A DNA stretch of 63,996 nucleotides, the filler included, from Catajapyx aquilonaris (lineage: Eukaryota), in the NCBI GenBank assembly GCA_000934665.2. It is 3 parts of 3 records of this genome, joined end to end, with 100 filler letters (N's around TTAATTAATTAA, not from the genome) between each part and the next. Parts side by side here need not be neighbours in the genome. Positions count along the whole stretch, not along the records: positions 21,572 to 43,041 come from JYFJ02006043.1; 2 more parts are not named here. One strand, given 5' to 3'. Every line of letters begins with the position of its first letter. The stretch's first letter is position 1. The notes under the pieces are model-generated. The model worked only from the letters and a program-made list of their open reading frames with translations. It searched no databases and had not been told where the DNA came from. This document shows positions 23,696-37,813 of the stretch, in pieces. The translations under genes and the position numbers were made by a program.

Positions 23696-23968
23696 ACCGA
23701 AGCAGGTTGGCATAGTGGATAAGGCGTCCGACTGCTAATCGGGAGGTCCAGGGTTCGAATCCCGGGGCCGGCAATTCTGACCGTGGTTTTCTGTGGTTTC
23801 CCACGGTCCTTCCAGGGAAATTCCGGAGTTGTTCCCGTAATTAATAGGCCACAGCCGCTTCCTTCCATCCCTATCCTATCCCAAAGAGCACAGTAAAATG
23901 AAAAGCAAAGAGTTCCAGGCAAAACAAACTTCCCCCGTAACGAGCCGATGGCTGATAACGGGGTATGA

Positions 23969-24041
<73 letters not shown>
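23696..24041 (+). mobile_element. tRNA-derived SINE, head type B, (TTA)n tail
   Basis: A/B boxes, Lm1/Talua-like core, long (TTA)n at about 23971-24041; near-identical copy at 41522. Confidence 0.85.
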
Positions 24042-24046
<5 letters not shown>

Positions 24047-24232
24047 AGATACTGCTGGAGAATAGGATACAGCAGTGTTTTGAAATGTGTTGGGACATGC
24101 CCAGCACCAAATGTGTTCTATGGTCCATGAAATTTGGTATTCGAAACTTTTGGGTTTCAGAGTTTTGGATAAGAGATTGTGTACGGTCTGTATTTTTAAG
24201 TAAAATTATATTGACACTGGGTCTTATTTCAG

Positions 24233-27200
24233 GTGGTCACGCGAGTCCCAAAGAGCACTCGAGCTGAAATGGAAGATGCCGTGGAAGCCGCAAAAGCAGC
24301 CTTTAAGAAGTGGTCAAAGGCCTCAATACTCACTCGCCAGCAAGTGATGTTCAAGTACCAGAATATCATTCGGGCTAATATGGTATGGCTGTGTCCTGCA
24401 TTAGTGACAGTTTTATTTTGTGATAGGGAATAATGGTGTGTACCTTGGTTCCTAACTCATTATAATAGTGTATAATATTTTTTAGTAATGTGGAGTTATT
24501 TGAGCTGTGAAGTTAAAATTAATGATGTTCCTACAGTTATTTACAAATAATTAATGAAACAAACCATGTGGTTATACACAAAGGCTATTCTTCACATGGT
24601 TCTTGGACTATATTTTATATGAAAATTTAAGTTGATGGTAGGCATGCAGTACCTGTCACGGTTTGATTTGATTCCTTTGTTCAATGCACTTGGTGCAATT
24701 TCTTGAAACCCTCTCAATTCTGCTAAAATAATTGTTCTCTGGATGTTGGTCCTAATCAGCCCCATGACACGTTCCACGAATACGGTAGGGTAACTAATTA
24801 CTGTGTCTTGGCCGTGGTGAAATTTGGCGCTGGCGGCACTACATCGTTCGCTATATCGCCATCTTGTCAAGGTGCATCTGGTGGTAGGTACCGGGTAGTC
24901 TGCCGCGATTGGCTCAATCTTTCTTTGCTTCCGCAGACTTACCACTTGAGTGCACCTTGATGGTATAGTGAACGATGCCAGCGCCAAATTTCAGCCTGGC
25001 CGAGACACAGGAGTTAGCCTACCGTATCCATACGGCTAGGGGGGAAGTGACAGAGGGCTGGTCCTAATGATTAGGATCACTGAGCAGACCACCAATACAA
25101 ATTTGAGCTCCCCACTAAAAATAAATTTATCCTTTTTAGGCACACCAAAATTCCTTACAGCAGTATATTTACAGCATTAATGTAGGAACTGGTTACCTGC
25201 ATGCATAAAGTAGCAGCAGCATATAGAAGGAAGTTTTTACTGAAGATGGGATGGGTGAAAGGTTCTGAATTCTTGTAATGGTGTTGCCAAAGAAGATTTA
25301 GTACCCACACACAGGGGGAAAAAAGGCAGTCATTTCTGTGAACATCTCAATTTCTTTGAAAGGAGAAATTCTAGCTGAAAGTCCTGCCCATCCATCTCTG
25401 TTTTTTACAAGTGCCCTGTAAAATGTCACAAAGATGGATTCTGGTCTAGATCAGTTTTCATTTAGGCAGACAAATTTTAACAAAGTTAACAATTCCGAAG
25501 GAGTAAGAAATTCAGAATGAAATTCTACATCATTGTCTTTAGGTACCAAAGTGGCCTAATCTAATGGTTAGGCATTCTAGCTGAAATTATTTGGGAATCC
25601 GTGGATTTTAAGCCTGCTGCCAACCAGCTTTCCATGTTTTGTTTTTCCCAGTCAATTCCAGGGTGTTTTTTGTTCTTTCTCAGGGCAAATTGCTGCTTCC
25701 TTCCTCCTCTGCCCTGCTCCTCTACTATGTCGTGCAAATTGGCTATGTCCTTCCTACCGCTTTGTCATTTTGTGGTCCCAATTATCTGGTGCAACACTGG
25801 AAGGCTGTTGGAGCCATAATGCCTGTTCCCTATAAAGTAACCAGCCAACCAATTGTGTTGGAGTTCTAGTTTGTACCTGTGACATTAACTCTCTCTCTCT
25901 CTCTGCCGCTAGATTTAACCTTGACTGTTTTTAAATTGCAATTATTAGGGAATGGGGTCCTATGTGAGCCTTATTTCCACGCGAGTTAAATAGAATCTGC
26001 CATTGCCGATGGCTCCCCGTGCTAGACCTCCGCCATCTCTTGGTGCCCGCTACTTTCCAAGGACATGCTTTAAATCCCTTGGCGTGGGATCGGCCAGCCA
26101 CCTGGCGTTTAAATGGGAACCTGCTGCACATACACCATGCTCATCCATGGTCATCATCCATGCGCAATAATTCAAAAATTGTTATAAGCGAATTATTGTC
26201 TACCACACTAACTCCTTTATTGTGAAAGAAGTAAAAATGAGCTTGTATTTATTAAGTCTTTAGAGATAATTTAATTAGCTTTATAAGGGACCTTTCACAG
26301 CCTAAAAACTCTTCTCGGAATGCTCCCAAGGTGGCCGTACGACCTGACCACACGAGATTTTTTGGGTGAATTGTGCATGTTTTGTGGGTGAATATGCCGC
26401 ATCCATTTACACCTGATAGAAGGTCCGCATAAAATTAGCGAAATTTCGTGTACCATGCGTCTGGTACGCAGTGGTGAAAGGGTTAAAGGACTAGGATTTT
26501 ATATCTACCTAATTAAGCATAAAATATATAAAAATCATAATTAGCCAGATACTAAATGCATGATGATGTCTGAATTTATTAAGAACAAATGTGTAAAAAA
26601 AAGCTGCTGAAAAAATATTAATAATATGAATTCACTGCTGCTGCAATAATGTTTTTATACTAAAAACTAGGTGCATGTGCCGGGTTGTTGTTTTAAGGTT
26701 TAAAAAAATTAATTTCATTTCAAAGTAATGTACTACTTACTTGTTCTGTGTAACCAGGGTGGCGTAATACTTAACACAATATCTTTCTTTCTTCCATAAG
26801 AGTCATTCAAATGAAAACAAATTGCTGAATGAGTGTCTCGTGGGATTTTCTACACAAAATAAAGGTGGTACCGATGTAGTATTATAACTCACTGACAAGT
26901 GGAGATTCGATGACGTGTCCCAGTGGCAGTATGCCTTATTTGTTCATGAACCCCCTTAAAAAGACCGCCCAGTCAGATATGGAACCAACGACCATTGAAC
27001 AGCTAGTGGTAATTCATTTTTGAACCGTGGAAGGTGTTGGGAGTACAGAAATCCATTGTTGTATGAGTACTATGTACAAAAACTGTGTCTTTGTCACTTG
27101 TTAGAGCTTGGAGCAAGCCCTGGCCTGGAATCACCAGTCAACGATGACTACCCCTTTTTGAACCACTTGCTCCAGGCTTTAATACATGACAAAGACATGC

Positions 27201-30200
27201 AGTTTTCGTATGTGGTACTCATACAGCGTTAGATTTCTGTACTCCCAACACCTTTAACAGTTCAAAGACGGATTACTGCTCTCTGCTAAACGTTTCTTGC
27301 TTCCATAGCTGACTGGACGGTATTTTTGATGGGGAGTCATGAACAATGGCACACTGCCACTGTGGCATGTTATTGAATCTCCACCTGTCAGCGAGCCTTC
27401 ATACTACATCGGTACCACTTTCATTTTGTGCTGAAGATGCCACAAGAAACTGACTTGGCAATTTGCTATGACCTTGCTCATTTTAGTTTGAATGACCCTT
27501 TTAGTAATCAAGCCTTTTTTGCTGTCCCTATTCATGCCACCTCCCCTACTCCATTTATCGCAGTGTCCTATGTTTTTTAAATTGGATGTTTTGTCCTACA
27601 TATTGATTTCACATGCATTACAGTATTGTCTCCTTTGCACAGGACAAGCTAGCAAAGAGCATCACAACTGAGCAGGGCAAAACTTTGGCAGACGCTGAGG
27701 GAGATGTTCTTCGAGGCCTGCGTGAGTGCATATTAGCATTTTAGAGGATTAACTAATCTTACTGGAGAGTTTGATGGACAGTACACTGAATTTATGAAAT
27801 TTTGTGTGTTGGGATTTTTGTTTTGTCTGGAACTCTTGCGTACATTTTTACTTGGCTTTTTGGGATAGGATAGGGAAGGAAGGAGGCGGCTGTGGCCTAT
27901 TAATTTAGGAAACAACTCCGGAATTCTCCTGGAGGGACCGTGGGAAACCACAGAAAACCACGGTTAGAGTTGCCGGCCCCGGGGCTCGAACCCAGGACCT
28001 CCCGATTAGCAGTCGGACCCTATAGCCACTCCACCAAACTGCTTCGGTAAATTTAGTATGTTAAAGCAGATTAAAAGGGAGAACACAAAACATGCATGAG
28101 GTGGAGAAGTGACCTGTCTATTGAAAAGAGAGTGGGAGGGAAATAAGTCAAACTATTGTTGAGTGTTGTAGCATTGCACAACCTTAGCAACAAAATAATG
28201 TAGTCTTACATTTACTGCTACCTGTGCAATATTTAGTGTTCATATTTTTTCAACTTGTTTTATTTGTACAGGGTGATGGAAACTCACGGACAATCGCCAG
28301 GTAGACTTATAGTACTCGTGAAACTATATAGGGATGTGCAATTAGTTTTGGGCGCCGATGGGTAGTTAATGCATGCAGCGCCTTTAAAGTGTAGAGGGCC
28401 AGACAGTAAAATATGAGGCAAAAATGACAAGTGCACAGGTGTCGTACCCAGATTCTTCCTTTACGGGATTTGATCACCTATTGCACATGGACGATGTGTT
28501 ACAGACCCAAGGCTGGATTGTTTGGAGGCCCTCGAGCTGGCTTTTGCTTCTTTATAGCTGGCGGAATGGATGTGACGTCACGAAACTTTGACTGTGCTGC
28601 ATGCATTAACTATGCAACGGCGCCCAAAATGAATTGCACATCCTTATATTAGTTTGACGAGTATTAGCAGTCTACCTGGTGATTTTCTGTGAGTTTCCCG
28701 TAACCCTGTACTTTCATACTACGGAGGGTTTAAGAGCTCTTATGGGCTAGTTAAGCCACCTTAAAACCATCTGACCCTGTACTTTCATACTGTTCTTCTA
28801 CAAAGTGGTGCACTGCCCAAGTCCGCTGTTCAGAGAGGGGGAAGGTAAAGAAGCTGTGAATTGTATACCATACCAATCAGTTTAGAGAATAGACCAGTGG
28901 TTCCCAACATTATTTTCCTAGAGGCATTCGTATGCGCACTGAAAATTCTGAAGGCACCCCTAACTTTACACTCACAACCAAAGTAACGCTTTGCAGTCAA
29001 AGGCGATTATAATAAAGGAGACCCAAGGCTCTCCGGATGCAGGAGCCAAGGCTCTCCATTATTATAATCGCCTTCGACTTCAAAGCGTGTGAGATGACCC
29101 TTCTCCTTTGCGGCACCGGAGAGCGCTACAGACGTAGTGAAAGGCGACCGCGACTGGGCAGCTGGGACCAGCGACTCGCGACCGGATGCAGGTGTTGTGG
29201 CTTCGGAATATCGCCTATTGGCTGTATTTTCACCCTGCTAATGTGGAAATTAGCAGTGGAGGTGATCTTTTCTCACCACTATAGGCCAAGCAGAATTAGA
29301 AAATCCAAAAAATTTCAAAATTCAGGAGGGTAAGAAGAGTTACTTTGGTTGTCAGTATAATACTTCTTATGAATAGTAATATTTCATAGTGAAAAGTGAA
29401 ATAGAGTAAATATAGTTTCATTACATATCAAACAGTATTATGGCACTTATTGTAAAATATTACCTCACTTAAAGCGGCATGCCAGTATAACCCGGGGGTG
29501 GCCGCATGCCACAATTGCCAAGGTAGATTACCATAATTTCGATCCTTGTCTAATTTGTTGGAATGCATCTGGTACTGTACTGAAATAATGTTACTGTGAA
29601 TAAATGTACCAGCACAGGCCTACAGGGCTGTGAGAATATGCAAGTTCATCTATTGCACAGGACGTAGAGTGTGACCAATTCCATATTCAGCCTGCTTTGA
29701 GAGGGGAACCCCCTACTCCAACACAATGGATCAAGGCAAACTCCTTTGGTCCTTCATTTTGCTCAATAGTTCGCTTGTCACCGATCTCGTTGGCAATCAC
29801 AAGATCACTTTGTGTAGTGGTATCAATATGTATGAGAAGCTTTGTTACTCAGATAATAAAATCCAAACCCAACGTATGAAATATCCTGGTAGGTATGCTT
29901 ACCTTCTTGCAGCCTTGCACTTTTAATTGAAAATGTTGCAGTGAAAGTACTTAATAAACGATCATATGGGATGGTCCACACTGTAGAACATGGTGCAATG
30001 CATTCATTGGAGTAACAACAGTTTTCAGAGGGCTCATGATAATGTTGTGCTAAAGAAAACCTTGCCATGTATCATCAGTCCAAAAGAATTGTCCCTCGCG
30101 TCGAGCGGGCAGCCACGCGTCAGGATGAAAGGAGCCAGTTAACTGGTTGCTTTCATCCTGACGCGTGGCTGCCCGCTCGACGCGAGGGACAATTTTTTTT

Positions 30201-33200
30201 GAACCGCTGATACTGGCATACCTCACTTAGACCGGCATGCCAGTATAGCCACCAGATCACACATTTCTAAAAACTGGTTGACCTCGACTATACCGGCATT
30301 GCCACTTTAAGTGAGGTAATACGGTAATACAAAATTTCACACGGCCGGAAACTATATGATGATCATTATTTTCGCGGCACCCCTACATGATATTTGTAGC
30401 ACCCTAGGGTGCTGCGGTACCCCAGTTGGGAACCACTGGAATATACAATTATGACAAGCGACTGTGACCCTCTAATGGCTTCCAATGGATTTTGTCTGTT
30501 ACTGGTTGCCAGGTTAAACGATCCATAACTTCTGCCCCTACTCGACTCTTGAATTTAGGACCTGGGCAGTTTCCCCTGTATGAGGAATGTTGGCAAAAAA
30601 ATAAACTGTGAATAATTTTAGTACGGCCCTCGCATAATTGGTCTGATTGGGTGAGATGCGGTGGCCAAGCTGGTAACGACTCGGCTTGCTGATCGAAAGG
30701 TCTCAGGTTCTATCCCTGCCCGGGATTTCCCTTTAGGCTGTGTCAGGAGGGTCTCTAACCCGCGCCTTGGAGGTGTCTGGCAACCTAACCTCCGAGGTTC
30801 GGTGACTTTTCTCTGGGTGGTAGAAAAGTGAGAGTGCGCCTTCCTTCGGAGGGGAAGTAAAGCCGTCAGCCCCGTGTGCTTGTGACATTGCGCGAGTGCA
30901 CGTTAAAGATCACCAGAGCAGCCAAATTTTCAGGAGGAGGACCACCCCCTGGCATCGGTGTTGAGCCATGCGGCAGAAATAGGCCGACGTTAAGCCCCAC
31001 TGAAAAAATGTATATTGAGTCCATACTTACTACTGTTCGGTAAGTCATAGGGCACAATGTCTATTGAGGGGAATTTATGGTGTTGCCAATGTATTAATGA
31101 TGGACAGTAGTAAAAGTACAGTACATAGTAGATTTAAATGAATTTCTCGGCCATCATAGCACATATTGAAAAATGGCCCTATGAATGGGCGTGAAAATGC
31201 ATGTCCTTTCGAATGATACTGTGAGGGCCGTACTAAAGTGATTTTCATTATTTATTTTTTGCCACAAATACAGGACCTGGCAGGTTGGCAGATAGGCACA
31301 CATCATCGAGAGAATCCTCCTGAATCCGAATGCACTGGTACCACGGGTGTGGCAACCTCTCCAGACCCTCTAGGAATCATATTTTGATGGTGCAGCACAC
31401 CAGTCCTAGTGCCAGACAACTGGTCGCAAGTCAACAATATCCTCCAAATGGCGTCAGTGAAGGGTTTTTTTCATGGATCTGGCATTGGGTGCTTCCACCC
31501 GCTACATGCCCCCGGCCTGGCTGCCAGTGACTTTCACCTGCTCAGAACCATGAAAAAGCCCCTTCACTGATGCCATTTCGAGGACGTTGTTGAACTGCGG
31601 GCAGTTGTTGGGGAGTGGGTGAGCCGCACCATCAACACATGGTTCTTGGAGGGCCTGGCGAGGTTGCCACACCCGAGGGCTCAAACTTTGCCACATCGGG
31701 CCCCCTGGGAAAGTAATTTCCGATATCGCCCCCCACCCAATACGCCTGCGGCAGGCGATTTTTTTTTGGGTTCAAGGTCACTCAATCTTAGGTGAATGTA
31801 ATAACTGACAAAGTACAGCGGAATCCTACTGTAAGCACATCGGATATAAGCAAGTGGAAAGATCGGTCCTTTCATATTTCCAGCAGTGCCAATGTACAAG
31901 TGAAGTTGAATCCGGATATAACAGACTTGTCTGCTATTAGCTGACTGCACAAATTCTTATTCAGAATTGCACTTTTGGCTTTTAGAACTGCACAAATTGT
32001 GTAGAACTGCACGCTACAGTAAGCCCTGAGAAGTAGTTCTTACCTAATCAGTGCGACTTTTGTGCCTGTTTCGAGTCACATAATTTTTGGATTCGCCCCG
32101 CGCCCCCCCTGCCACCCGTTCGCGCCCCTCAGTTTGAGAACCACTGACTTAATGGCTCACTTTCATCTGACTGAACCTTGTACTATCCACCAAGAATTGT
32201 CGTAGCGGCAGCGCACGAACTACAGTTACGAGCACTTCTCCCCCCGGAAGTGCTTGTAGACTGTAGTTCGTGCGCTGCCGCTACGACAATTCTTGGTGGA
32301 CTGATAGTACCAGCAGTGGTATTTTAATTTTTATGTGACATATCACAGGGCACTACATTTGCTATCCTGAGCCCAAAAGCTTATATGATTAACAGAACAT
32401 GAGGGTAGAGTGTGAAGTCTGATTTTATAACTTGCAACTTTTGCAAGCTTATTTATGTAACATGTACAGTGAAACATGTACAATTGTCTTTGCAGAGGTG
32501 GTTGAACATTGCTGTGGCATCACCAATCTTCAACTAGGAGAGACATTGCCAGGAATTGCAAAAGATATGGACCTGCATTCCTACCGTGTGCCACTTGGTG
32601 TCTGTGCAGGGATCACGCCTTTCAACTTTCCTGCTATGATCCCTCTCTGGGTGTGCCTCCAGTTTTACAGTGATTTTAAGAAAATAACAGGAACTCATGA
32701 CGCAATATTTCTATGACAGATGTTCCCTACTGCTCTGGTGTGTGGCAACACCTTTGTGGTAAAGCCATCTGAGCGTGATCCAGGAGCATGTATGCTGCTG
32801 ATGGAAATGCTAAAGGAAGTTGGATGCCCAGATGGTGTAGTCAACGTCATTCATGGTCAGCATGATGCAGTCAACTTTATCTGCGACAACCCTGACATCA
32901 AAGCAATCTCATTTGTTGGTTCAGACACTGCAGTGAGTGTCTTGCTCATCTTCTCAATGGCAACTTGTATCATTTTCTGCTCTTCAGATCAGAGTGGTTA
33001 GGCTTTTATAACCTACGTTGGCAAAGTTATGCCAAAAATCATGTCATTTATTTTTCAATAGTACAACTTGTGCTGACAAGTTCTTGGTAACTTTCTTGGT
33101 CGTTACATATTAATGCAATGTTGTTTGTTAGGGCAAATACATTTATGAACGTGGATCTCGCAATGGCAAGCGTGTTCAGTCCAACATGGGTGCCAAGAAC

Positions 33201-34075
33201 CATGGTGTTGTCATGCCAGACGCAAACAAAGAAAACACATTGAACCAACTGGTGGGAGCAGCATTTGGTGCAGCAGGACAACGCTGTATGGCACTCAGCA
33301 CTGCTGTGTTCGTTGGAGAGGCACAAGACTGGCTGCCACAACTGGTGGAGCGTGCCAAGACACTTAAGGTCAACGCCGGGCATGAACCAGGAGCTGACTT
33401 GGGCCCTGTCATTTCTCCACAGTCAAAGGAACGCATCTGCAGACTGATTGAGTCTGGAGTTAATCAGGGAGCCAAACTCTTGCTGGATGGGAGGAACCTT
33501 ACTGTGCCAGGTTATGAGAAGGGAAATTTCATTGGTCCTACAATTCTTACAGGTGTACAGGTGAGGAAAGTGTGATGTCATGTTACTAGTGCAATGTTTT
33601 AAACCTGGCTTTCTGTGACATTATTTCTTTTAGCCCAACATGGACTGCTACAAGGAAGAAATTTTTGGCCCAGTTCTTGTCACCCTCTGTGTTGATACCC
33701 TTGAAGACGCCATTAACATGATTAATGCTAATCCCTATGGGAATGGAACTGCCATATTCACGACAAATGGTGCCACAGCACGCAAGTTCACTCAGGAAAT
33801 TGATGTTGGGCAAGTGGGTGTTAATGTGCCCATTCCTGTGCCATTGCCCATGTTTTCCTTCACTGGATCCAGGGGTTCTTTTATGGGTGATTCAAACTTC
33901 TATGGGAAGCAGGTAGGGAATATCTCATGTTCATGTGCGAATGATTTCAACAAGATGATTACTTTAATTTCAGGGCATCAATTTCTACACTCAAGTGAAG
34001 ACTGTGACACAGATGTGGAGAGAAACAGATGTATCACACCAAAAGGCAGCTGTAGCGATGCCAACCATGCGGTAG
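24233..34075 (+). CDS. ALDH6A1: Methylmalonate-semialdehyde dehydrogenase (acylating), mitochondrial; 5' exon(s) not visible
   Basis: Exons 24233-24382, 27643-27721, 32496-32650, 32720-32932, 33132-33560, 33634-33912, 33974-34075 join in frame. Motifs [54 protein letters not shown] (catalytic Cys), [22 protein letters not shown] at 34186. Confidence 0.96.
24745..25080. mobile_element. Small foldback MITE in ALDH6A1 intron
   Basis: Inverted arms such as ctgtgtcttggcc..aaatttggcgctggc / gccagcgccaaattt..ggccgagacacag. Confidence 0.55.
26799..27499. mobile_element. Foldback MITE (gggtcattc-ended family)
   Basis: Diverged long inverted arms (e.g. gtggtaccgatgtagta / tactacatcggtaccac); ends agagtcattcaaa / tttgaatgaccct. 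Confidence 0.6.
27863..28048 (-). mobile_element. tRNA-derived SINE type B, partial
   Basis: Homologous to the head and core of the 23696 copy. Confidence 0.75.
28269..28708. mobile_element. Tc1/mariner MITE
   Basis: TA|cagggt..gaaactcac..caggtagact and its inverse ending accctg|TA. Confidence 0.7.
28895..30438. mobile_element. hAT non-autonomous element carrying nested MITEs
   Basis: TIR cagtggttcccaac / gttgggaaccactg; 8-bp flanks gaatagac / gaatatac. Nested inverted-repeat elements at about 28968-29358, 29458-30321 and 30070-30212. Confidence 0.75.
30070..30212. repeat. Near-perfect palindrome (hairpin MITE)
   Basis: aattgtccctcgcgtcgagcgggcagccacgcgtcaggatgaaag is inverted exactly at about 30150-30195. 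Confidence 0.85.
30648..31003 (+). mobile_element. SINE head A fragment joined to a Nin/Deu-domain-like SINE body
   Basis: Head as at 22060. Body gtgcacgttaaagatc...gccaaatttt..ggag also occurs at 38432-38585. Confidence 0.6.
31222..31680. mobile_element. Mariner-derived foldback element, truncated
   Basis: Homologous to 53969-54532; internal inversion (gggtgtggcaacctc / gaggttgccacaccc). Confidence 0.6.
32180..32310. repeat. Near-perfect palindrome (hairpin MITE)
   Basis: tccaccaagaattgtcgtagcggcagcgcacgaactacagt inverted exactly; ends resemble those of the 30070 hairpin. Confidence 0.85.
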
Positions 34076-34318
34076 GACTGATAACCCATGTTTAGATGTC
34101 AGATCGTTCTGTGGCAAGAGATGTATTCCCGAGAAATGATTCCTGTTATGACAAAGTACCTTATGGAACATTAAAAAAGCATCACAATAAATTTTATTGC
34201 ATTTACATTTGTGCATTTTCAACATCAAATCACAAGAAGGGGAAGTTACAGATAGTCTGATTATTATTATTATGGACACTTTCACATGATTTTCTTATTA
34301 GCTTATTGCCCATGATAA

Positions 34319-35969
34319 CACAGGGTTGGAAATTTACCTTACTGTCGCTTTGGGAAATGATGTATAGGTTCTTGGCGATCACTTTGAGTATAGGCAACAT
34401 GGGTCTCCAACGCATAGTTACTGAGATAATGTGCTTCAAGCACAAGGTATAAAATATCCTGGCACGTATGCATCTCTCCACGCGACCTTATACCCTTTTC
34501 ATTTAAATTTAAGGTGTTACCATGTTATTTAATATAAATTTACGATCCTGTTAGGTGTAGCAGGAAATATACTAGGCAATGGAAGTGTCCTAAGCAGTAT
34601 CCGAAACCTATAAGCTGAGATAATGCACTTTTTATTTAATGCTAATTATCTGGGTAACTATGCGTCAGAGACCCATGTTGCATATAAGGTGAGTCGGGGC
34701 AAGTGCTGAATCTGGGTAAGTGCGACTTCGGAAAAAAAATCATGCCACAGTATAGGAGCACTTTTTGTGATAGCCCCATATGATTGTCCTGACTTCGGTC
34801 AACATAGGGCAAAAACATTTTCCTGCATTACTGGCTTTGTGTGGCTATGACGGAGGCGGAACGCGCGACCCTCACATCTCACCTTCAGAAGAAGATCGAC
34901 GAACGTCAGAAGATATTTTCTGTAGGTGCACTTCAACATGCTGGGTACTATTTTTGCATAGTTATGAAGCATTTTCTATGACCTTTTCATAGATGTTGTG
35001 TAATTAACGATAAGATTATGACGTCACCTTTAGTTGCCTAGGTCGCAGTTGCCCCATGACAATGTGACACTGGGGCAAGTGCAGAGGTGGAGCATTACTA
35101 TTTGGACTGGATTTTTCAGGCTTAAATGTGTGCTAAACGTGTGAGTGTGGCATTCCGTTTACTGAAGAAGTGCTTCTGAGACATACTAACTTATTTTATT
35201 CACATGCCAACTCATACTATGTAACTTGGGGACTTTTTCTCCTCTTGGCATACTCAAGTCTTATGCAGATTTTCATTGAAAGTTGATAATCTGACACTGG
35301 GAAAAGGTATTTTGATTCGGAAAAGAACTCCAGAAAGGTATACTGCTACCCTAGTCGCCACTTACCTCATTTCCATTACCCGATGCTCTCCTTCGAAGAT
35401 AAGGCCAGTAGTCGCACTTACCCCACGTCGGGGGCCTCGGGGCAAGTGCCAAATCCGTGACACACTTTCGGGAATAATTAATTTTCAGGCAATTGCAAAA
35501 CCGTAACCTATTGATTCTGTGATCACTAAAAGAGAATTATAATAATAATATCCGGGGTAGTGCTGACCTCATCAGAGGTATGTAGCACGGACCTTTATTT
35601 ATTTTGTCTTGTACATTGGAGCCTTTATACGTAACGCCCGGGCCCACGGGCAAGATGACAGGAGGGGATGTGCAAGGTGCAGTGCAATGTCTTAAACATG
35701 GCCATTTTTAGTGAACTCCCCCGGGTGGTTTAGTCTGTGGAAATACCACCTGAGACAAAGCCAGAGGTGACCCACTAAAAGAGAGTAGTTACTCTGCATG
35801 TGGTTGTAAGTTCAGCTTTTTTACAGCTTCCTGAGCAGCACAATCCTCACCCAAAGTCAACCTATGTAAAACAGGGTCGCACTTGCCCCGACTCACCTTA
35901 TTAAAAGTGATCGCCTAGAACCCCTCTATCATGTCCCAAAGTGACGGTAGATTAAATTTCCAAACCCTG
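34319..35969. mobile_element. Tc1/mariner MITE split by a younger insertion
   Basis: Left arm cagggttggaaattta..gcgatcacttt..caacatgggtctc. Right arm split between 34668-34684 and 35901-35969. Confidence 0.6.
34687..35898. mobile_element. Non-autonomous pogo-like DNA transposon
   Basis: Perfect 20-bp TIR aggtgagtcggggcaagtgc with TA target duplication; internal ggggcaagtgc repeats. Confidence 0.8.
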
Positions 35970-36247
35970 TATTGTGCTGATGACACACTGGCATGCTAAT
36001 CTAGGAAAATGGGGTATTGATGTCATGGACACAGTGTGGGTCATACATATTGCAAAGATAACCCAGGTGTACTTGTCCAACCTCAGAAGATGGTCACCTT
36101 GAATTTGTGGCCATTCAATTTACAGGGCCCCATGCTCCTAAAATGGCATCTGGGGTTCCAGAGAGGTTCCTGCTGTAAAGGGTGAGTCTTGGACCACTAG
36201 GATACTAAAAATATCACTGCTTTTATTAGTACCATGTAATTCAGGTA

Positions 36248-36579
36248 CAGTAGGACCCTGATTATCCAACCCCTCTGTTTATCCGACCATCCTGCATCAG
36301 CAATAAATCTGTTTTCTCATCAAATACTGTAATGCAGGCCTACTAAGCATTTGTTTGGTATTGCCTTAGTTAAATAATTTTAACCAGCAGAATGTGTATG
36401 TAAAAGATAAATACTTAATTATTTCCTAGAAAACCATATTATTGTACATTATTTCATGATTTATATGTTTTTTGTTGTGTTTCATTAAAGTTCCTTTGCT
36501 CTTCGGATTATCTGACCTTATCCGTTATCCGACCATGCCCCAGTCCCGTGGGCGACGGATAATTTATCATGTTCTACTG
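36248..36579. mobile_element. Tigger-like MITE
   Basis: TA|cagtagga..attatcc ... ggataat..ttctactg|TA. Confidence 0.55.
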
Positions 36580-37813
36580 TATTTAAAATGTACCACAGAG
36601 TACAAAATAATTTGGTTACAGCAGGGAAGTAAGTAGTACTAGGGAAATGCGAGAGGAGCGAGGGTTTTCCTAGTATTTACTTTAAAATGTTCACAATGTA
36701 ACAAATGTCCAAACAGGGATGAATATTTTAGTACTGTTAATGTTTTGCTAAACTGATTGCTAAATTCAAAGCCTGCTATACTGTACCAGAGGACTGCAGT
36801 ACTGTACTTCACTGCCCTCTGCCCCTACTTTATACCCACTCCCCACCATGCCACCCTAATGCAGCCTGTTTGGAGTTTGCCAGTTGGGCTCCACTGGAAT
36901 TCCAGCTGGGATGAACATGCTGTACCTACACTACAGCACCTTGCACTACAGTGTTCTGGGAGCAAATAAATCCACATCAGCATTTGAGCAGAGTGGATTA
37001 TATTAGTCCTTGCTGTACCACTTTTGTGACATAATTCTTGATATTCGGGTTGCAGGGAGGCTGTCAGGAAGGAAATATTCAACAGGTAACAATTAAATAA
37101 TATTGGGTTCAGTCAGTTTCAAATGGCATGGACAGATTACCATCAGTAATTTGACCAGTATGGCATCCCAATAATTGTACAGTAGTTATTCTTAAGGGAA
37201 GTACACTTTTATGTTGATGTTGCAGGAGCAGCCTGGAGATAATGTTAACATGAGTCCCATTAACTCTTTGACAGAAGGTTTTTTTTTGGCCTTTTTTTCT
37301 TTCTTTTCTTGATGAAAATTTGTAGTATAGGAGTGATATTAATGAAAAACAATATGCTCCAATATTTATCATTTTAACTTGCGGTGGTCCTTTTGAATGT
37401 AAATTGCCGAGAAAAATTCATCTACAGGGTGTTCCAGAAAAATATTTAAAGTGCAATTAACTTGAAATGTAATTACATTAATTTAAATTTTTAAAGTCGC
37501 TGTAAAATGGTTACTATGGTTACAAAATAATACTAAAACACTGTACTATCAGAATCTCCTAAGAGTCAAGACTTACGGGACGCCCTGTTCTGACGCCCCT
37601 GGAGGGGCATACGCCATGGTAGTTGAGCCTCCTTCCACAAGGAGGTAGGAGCAGTTTGAGCCCCAAACTGCGTCTGGGGTGGGACTCCTGAGACTAACCA
37701 CCCGGGGGAGTTCACAAAATGTACCGTTTGAGACATTTCACATCCCCTCCCACTCATCCCCCCTTCTCTCGCGGTACCCGGGTGTTACGGAAAAGGACCA
37801 ACCTGTACTAGCT

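Noticed and set aside
23871..24128. Poly-Asn ORF
   Set aside because: Translation of a (TTA)n SINE tail.
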